A stretch of DNA of 63,789 bases, the filler included, from Olpidium bornovanus S191 (taxonomy: Eukaryota; Fungi; Olpidiomycota), in NCBI GenBank assembly GCA_017911155.1. It is 24 parts of 24 records of this genome, joined end to end, with 100 filler letters (N's around TTAATTAATTAA, not from the genome) between each part and the next. Parts side by side here need not be neighbours in the genome. Positions count along the whole stretch, not along the records: positions 58,100 to 59,165 come from JAEFCI010000620.1; positions 59,266 to 61,097 come from JAEFCI010005695.1; positions 61,198 to 62,645 come from JAEFCI010010192.1; positions 62,746 to 63,789 come from JAEFCI010005010.1; 20 more parts are not named here. One strand, given 5' to 3'. Of this stretch, positions 58,382-63,789 are shown piece after piece. How positions within the stretch are numbered: position 1 is the stretch's first letter; each line of letters opens with the position of its first letter. The notes under the pieces were generated by a model. The model was given only the letters and a program-made list of their open reading frames with translations, ran no database searches and had not been told where the DNA came from. The position numbers were made by a program, and so were the translations under genes.

Positions 58382-59124
58382 ATGTCGGTCGATTACGGCG
58401 GTGCCGCCCCCGTGCGGGCCGCAGCGAAACCGACGCCGGCGCAGCCGCCTGGGGACGCCCGCCGCCCGCTGTTGCCCGGCCGCGCAGCGTCGTCGCAATC
58501 CCCGGCCTCGGCGGCCCACATCGACGCGGCGATCGCGCTCGAGTCCCGGCAGTCCGGCGCGCTGGCGCCGCCGGAGATCGCCGACGCCGCCGTCCGGGAG
58601 TTTGCCCTCGCGCTGGAGCCGGACCCCCTGGTCGGGCTGGACATCGACACGGATGAGCTCGTCCGGAGAATGGCCGCCCGCAAAGACGCGCTGTTCGAGC
58701 GCCAGACGATCGCGCCCGCGCCGAGCCAGACGTATTGGCGTGCGTTTCTTGCGGGGAGGAGGGAGAGAAAGGAGGAGAGGGGCGGGCCGGTGCGGGGAGC
58801 ATAACTGTTTCTCTTATTTTGTTGAAAGCGCCTCGGGGCGGGATCAGCCTCCCGACGGACAGCCGTTTGCTCGCCGCTGACCTTGCGATCTTGCTTATAC
58901 AGAAGTCGTCGTGTACCCTGAGGAGGTACGCATGCACAAGCGCGCCTGAATTATCAATACCAGGCACGCGCAGGGTTGCGCCGCCGAAATAGACCCCGCT
59001 TCCGCGTCATATCTAGGTCATACTACGGGACTGGCCGCGCAAACGGCTCGCCATGCCGGCGCCGCCCCCTGGACAGAACCCGGTGACGATCAAGGAGTTC
59101 CTGGGAGGCGAGCAGCATGATCAG
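58382..59124 (+). CDS. Unidentified multi-exon gene, 5' part
   Basis: Phase-consistent splice: ...PAPSQTYW|QVVVYPEE|VILRDWPRKRLAMPAPPPGQNPVTIKEFLGGEQHDQ|. Family not recognised. Confidence 0.6.
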
Positions 59125-59265
59125 GTGAGGCCACGAAAGTGGGAGGGGAAAGAGGTGGGGGGGGGNNNNNNNNNNNNNNNNNNNNNNNNNNNNNNNNNNN
59201 NNNNNNNNNTTAATTAATTAANNNNNNNNNNNNNNNNNNNNNNNNNNNNNNNNNNNNNNNNNNNN

Positions 59266-60054
59266 CATGGTATTCATCACACCATCTTTGCAAATCGAGA
59301 CGATGAGCGACAGTACAAAAAAGCAAAACGTTTTGTGTCTGGAGAAGTGGAGCATCCGACGCCTTTGTGCGTCTGCTAGTCCTCTCTGGTGGTGGACGTG
59401 ATCTTCACGGCGCACCCGCTGATTGCCGTCGTACAAACCAAAGCGTAGTTACATCTACTGTTTCTGCGAAACAGGTGGAACCTTTGCACCTTTGCACCTG
59501 GAGCACCTTTGCAAACGTATGAGGTCGGCCTGGATGCTGTTCTGTATCAGATAAAATCTCACTGTCCAGAATATCCCAATGGCCTACACACATCGCTGCA
59601 CGCCTGCAGAGGATCGGAAGCGTACGTCTTGGGCCGAAAATGAATCCTTGCAAATTGCCACTGGGATCCCGACAGCCTTCCCGTCACGCCGCGGCTCATG
59701 GACTACGAAGGCGTCCGGAGTATCCTCCCGCGTTCTGAGCTTTGTCGTTTATTTGGCAAGTCCGAGGAAGAAGGACCAAAGAAGGTGTTTGGAGTGGTGC
59801 TGGCCGAGCGGTGGACAAGCCGAGCCAAGTTTGTCTTTGCAGTGACGGAGGGTGGACGACCGGTGCCGCAATGCCCACACTGGGCTGCTTACTTTCGTAT
59901 CGACGGTCTTCCTGCAATCAATGTCAACGAAGCCGGCGAAGTGGACGCTGTCCTGGCGGGGAGGCACACGGAAGAGCTAACCAGCGGACATGTTGACGCT
60001 GTGACTGAAGACACTCATGTAACAACAAGGGCACGCTCTTGCGTTGTGATGTAG
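59266..60054 (+). CDS. 3' exons of an unidentified gene ending in a CAAX box (SCVVM*)
   Basis: Terminal frame ...VFGVVLAERWTSRAKFVFAVTEGG...RARSCVVM-TAG. Upstream GT-AG exons are plausible but not fully resolved. Confidence 0.5.
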
Positions 60055-60616
60055 CGAGATCCCCGTGCTTGAGTGGACTGCATCGTTATCGTCTCAATCT
60101 GGCTCTATAAAGCATTGTCCTGATGACGTCGTCTGGAATTAATAGAAGAGAAGTAGGCCAAAGCCAATTCTTAATGGTATTCCAATAAGCCTCGTTGATA
60201 CAGATCATTGTTTCTCTGAACACATGGACAAGTGAACTTTCAAGGAGGTGTTGCACGGATTAGGGAAAAATGCCTTTATGGGAAGGCATAAGGACCCCAC
60301 TCATAAACAGCAACCGCAAGCGAGCAAGCTTCATTACTGTTCTCTTTCGCACGATGGCCTCTGGAGAGGCATTCGTGAGCGTTGATAAAGTAGAGCGATG
60401 GCATGCAAGTCTGAAGTCACATAGCCCTGGGGATGATGCTCCGCTTGCTCTTCATTTTCAGCATGGGCTGATCACAGAGACCGTGAGTGCCATGTTGCTG
60501 CGGGCCCGGAAGAATGAGAAGGGGTCTACCCATGTGGCCAAAAAGAGAAAGCAAGAAGGGCAAGGAACACAAACGCGCTATGTTCGCAGTGCTACAGCGG
60601 CGCTTTCAACAATGGC

Positions 60617-60714
60617 AAAGCGGCGCCACGCGGTTACTTCGCTCGATTCTCTTTTGCGCCTCCTGCAACGCAATAAAGGCAGAATCGAGCGACGTAACCG
60701 CGTGGCGCCGCTTT
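60617..60714. repeat. 98-nt hairpin: 34-bp inverted repeat (1 mismatch) with a 30-nt, partly paired loop
   Basis: AAAGCGGCGCCACGCGGTTACTTCGCTCGATTCT (60617-60650) pairs with AGAATCGAGCGACGTAACCGCGTGGCGCCGCTTT (60681-60714). Confidence 0.96.
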
Positions 60715-61073
60715 TCGGCGAGGGGAGCGGATGGCCGAGAAGGCAAAAAAGAAGAGCACGCAAAAAGGACGGTCTTCTCGCTCGTCTTGAATTTTTTTTT
60801 TATTTTTTGGGGGGGTGATGAAAATATAAAAAAAGTCTTATTTCGGAATAAGCAATGCGGGGGGCCGCGCGGGGAGAGGAAAAAAGTGTCGGGCGGAAAA
60901 CCTCCCCCCGCGCGGGGGTGGCGGCGGCGGCGGCGGCGGCGGCGGGGCAGAGCAGAGCAGGGGCGGGGGCGGGGGCGGGGGGCGCGGGCGCGCGGGCGCG
61001 GGAGGCAAATAGCGAGCGGAGAGAGAACCAACGCCCAGCCTCCTCCCTCCCTCCCATCGCGAGCTCTGCAGCC

Positions 61074-61094
61074 ATGGCCGACACCGCGGGGAAG
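61074..61094 (+). CDS. First exon MADTAGK|, possibly class III alcohol / S-(hydroxymethyl)glutathione dehydrogenase
   Basis: Good Kozak context (GCCATGG) and a GTA donor at the contig end. Only 7 codons, resembling fungal SFA1/ADH5 N-termini. Confidence 0.4.
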
Positions 61095-61280
61095 GTANNN
61101 NNNNNNNNNNNNNNNNNNNNNNNNNNNNNNNNNNNNNNNNNTTAATTAATTAANNNNNNNNNNNNNNNNNNNNNNNNNNNNNNNNNNNNNNNNNNNNAGG
61201 CCCCCCCCCCCCCCCACCCCCCCCCGCGGGAACCCCCCCCCCCCCCCTTCCCCCCCCCCCCTCCCTTCCCCCCGTCTCAC

Positions 61281-62282
61281 CGTTTCCGTCACGGTTGCGA
61301 TGTCTGTCGCGTAGACGACGGACGTCTCCACATCGCAGGACGACGTCGTGCTGACGACCTCGATCTCGTCCCGGGTGACGACGGACGTTTCGAAAACTGT
61401 CGCCGTCGCGTACTCGGTAATGGCGGCCGTCTCGGTGACCGCGACCGTCTCGGTGACCGTGATTGTCTCGACAGCGGAGTGGACCACGCGCTCGAAAACC
61501 GTCGTGGGGACGTAGGTGGTGACGGGGACGACGACGGTCACGCACTCGACGACGGTCGCGGTGGCCCTCTCGAACCCCGCGCAGGCGGCCGCGCACGCCG
61601 CCTCGACGCCGCCTCTGTCGCCGCCGCCGCCGCGGTCGTCGCAGGGCGCGGTGGCGTCGCCGTCTCCGCCGGCGTCGTGCCCTTCAGGACGCCCCCAGCC
61701 ACCGCTCCCGCCGCTTGCGTAGTAGCGGCCTTCTTGCCCCGCGCAGCGGCCGGCGTCGGAATAGGCGCCGTGGCCCCGGGGCCCGCACCCCCACTCCTGC
61801 TCATACCACGGGCGCTGGGCCTTTCCATCGCTGCCATAACCGCCGCCGCCACCGCCCTCCGCCTGCGCCGTCCCCGCGTAAACGTTGGTCGCCGTCTCGT
61901 CCTCTTCTCTGCCGCCGCCATACGAGCTCGTCCCGGGAACGGCCGAGCTCGGAAGCCAGTCCGCCGGCGGAGCCGGCCACGCTTCGGACGCGCGCAGTTC
62001 TGGGTTGGTTTCGAGTTTCGCGTTTCGCGTTCGGCGGGGCGCGTTTCGCGCGCGCGCGTTCGGAAGGGGAAGCGCGGGGCGAAAATCATCAAGTCAGCAA
62101 GCAATTAACGGCGTCGCGCCGCCCCGCCCCGTCCCGGGCCCCCCCGCGCTCCCCGGAAGGACCGTACCGTTGCCGGTCCAAACGCGTTCCCACGCCGGCG
62201 AGACCGAGACGGGACTCGAGACGCCCAGAGGAACGGAAACCGCGACCAGCAAAGCGACGGTAAACGTCCCGACCGTGTTCAT
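61281..62282 (-). CDS. Secreted Gly/Tyr/Trp-rich then Thr/Val/Glu-rich (mucin-like) protein, 3'-truncated; mostly missed by the ORF track
   Basis: Exon 62282-62168 carries signal peptide MNTVGTFTVALLVAVSVPLG. It splices in phase 1 to exon 61999-61281: WPAPPADWLP...YGGGREED...GGGGGGYGSDGKAQRPWYEQEWGC...AACAAACAG...TVVVPVTTYVPTT...ETITVTETVAVTET. Confidence 0.8.
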
Positions 62283-63505
62283 CGTCGCTGCGCGCAAGAC
62301 AGAGAGAAAAAAAGCCCCCTTTGATTTGCCTACCCTCTTGCTCTGTTCACAGAAATATCCAGCCAGTCCAGCCCCCTCCGGCCCGCCGTCCCTTCCAAAT
62401 CCAGTCGCTTTTTTGACTTCTGGACCCTGTACACCGGGGCCCCATTCTTGAAGTAGACAAAGTATATTTGATATCAATGGTGTACAATTATAAATCATAG
62501 CCTAGTTCAAAATAAATTATTTTACAGCAATAACGTATAAGCAGGTTAATGGAACGCCCTGTTGCTTCAAGGTGACAGTATGGACAGTAAAATTCTGGCC
62601 GACAACAGTATAATTTGAGCTGCATACTATGTAATTCTTGGCATGNNNNNNNNNNNNNNNNNNNNNNNNNNNNNNNNNNNNNNNNNNNNTTAATTAATTA
62701 ANNNNNNNNNNNNNNNNNNNNNNNNNNNNNNNNNNNNNNNNNNNNCCTTTCTGCAAGTTTCCCGTGTGGTCCGCGCGGTTCCTTTTCCGATGGCGTTTCC
62801 GGTGGCGGCGGCTTTCTAGTGGTACTCCCCGCACCCCGTTGTTTGAGCCGCAATTGTGTGTCATGCAGACACGCGTTGCCCCACAAACCCCCCGGTCCCC
62901 TTCCCGCCGTCCTGCCTATAAACGAAAAAAAAAAAAAAAAAAAAGAAAAAAAAAATGAATGTAACCCCCGCTTCCAGACAGTTCGTCGTGCAAAGGATGG
63001 TCCTTAGCCTGAGGGTCTCTGCCTTTGTCGAGGTTTTTGCGGGGCTTGCTGTGGTCGCGTCGCGCCCGCCGCGGGAGGGCTGGGGGAGGGGAAGGAGGGG
63101 ACGCGACTCCAGTTCCGCCGCGGGAGCTTGCCGTGAGCGCGTCCCGCGTTCCGTGGTTTTCTCCACCAATCAGAACGAGACGGGGTCACGTTAAATTGAA
63201 AAGCTCTAGCGAGCAAACGGTCGCTGTTCCCTCACTCCGACCACACTCACCCACCTCCCCGCAAACGTGCCCGCGCCCCCCCCCCCCCCCCCCCTTCCCC
63301 GCCCCCCAGCTCTCCCCACTCGCCCGGAAACGAAGCCGGGAAGAAGACTTAATTAGACAAGACCAACCCGGCGGACTTAGAGGCCGGTTCGGAGGCGGGT
63401 GGCGTTGGGCGGAGAATAAAGGCCCGCCGCGACCCCCCACCGGCACACCTTTTTGCCGCGCGTCTGATCCTCCCTCCCCTCCCCCCTAACCTCGGGGGTT
63501 CGAAG

Positions 63506-63632
63506 ATGGGCGCGGTCTTGCTTCTCTCGCGCTTGACCCTCCTGTTCGCGGTAGCATCTATCTCGGCGGCGGCGACTGAGGCGGACGTTAAAGCCAGATT
63601 GCCCGCCGGCGATTGCATGATCTTGAACTACG
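63506..63632 (+). CDS. First exon of a signal-peptide protein (MGAVLLLSRLTLLFAVASISAAATEAD...CMILNY|)
   Basis: ATG in AAGATGG context, hydrophobic core with A-x-A cleavage, GTGCGT donor at 63633. Too short for the ORF track. Confidence 0.65.
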
Positions 63633-63789
63633 GTGCGTTGCAAGGCTTTTGGTACTCCCCTCCACCCCCCACCCGCCCTTCCCCATCTCCCCCCCCCCCC
63701 CCCCCCCCCCCCGGCACCTTTTTTTTTAAACCCCCAACACAGCCGGCCCCGAGAAAAAAAAAAAAAAAAAAAAAAAAACCGGTCTCCAA

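Overview
This is not one locus. It is 24 short contigs (about 1-11 kb) of a fragmented eukaryotic draft assembly, joined by 23 artificial ~100-nt linkers (N44-TTAATTAATTAA-N44), so adjacency across a linker means nothing. The DNA is GC-rich with GT-AG introns and very long G/C, A/T and GA/TC tracts. Most long ORFs in the supplied track are antisense or low-complexity artefacts. The gene content is fungal: trifunctional HIS4, ERG3, MET2, UAP1, and a CCA-less tRNA-Ala. It also includes genes better known outside Dikarya: a FANCJ-type helicase, MED25, a GBP-like GTPase, TMEM135, and two candidate centriole/cilium proteins. This points by inference to an early-diverging, probably zoosporic fungus; Olpidium is plausible but not demonstrable here. 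Mobile DNA includes two related Ty1/copia 3' remnants (one with an intact 234-bp LTR), a PIF/Harbinger transposase pseudogene, a hairpin plus telomere-repeat element, and a degenerate tRNA-like region. I found no CRISPR array, operon or complete novel multi-gene system. The best leads are: an intronless actinobacterial-type esterase (HGT candidate); the telomere-repeat/hairpin element; a membrane-anchored GBP-like GTPase; G-tract-polarised introns alongside a FANCJ/DOG-1 helicase; an unknown ORF fused to a copia 3' end; and two long near-perfect hairpins. All homology calls come from motif recognition, not database searches.
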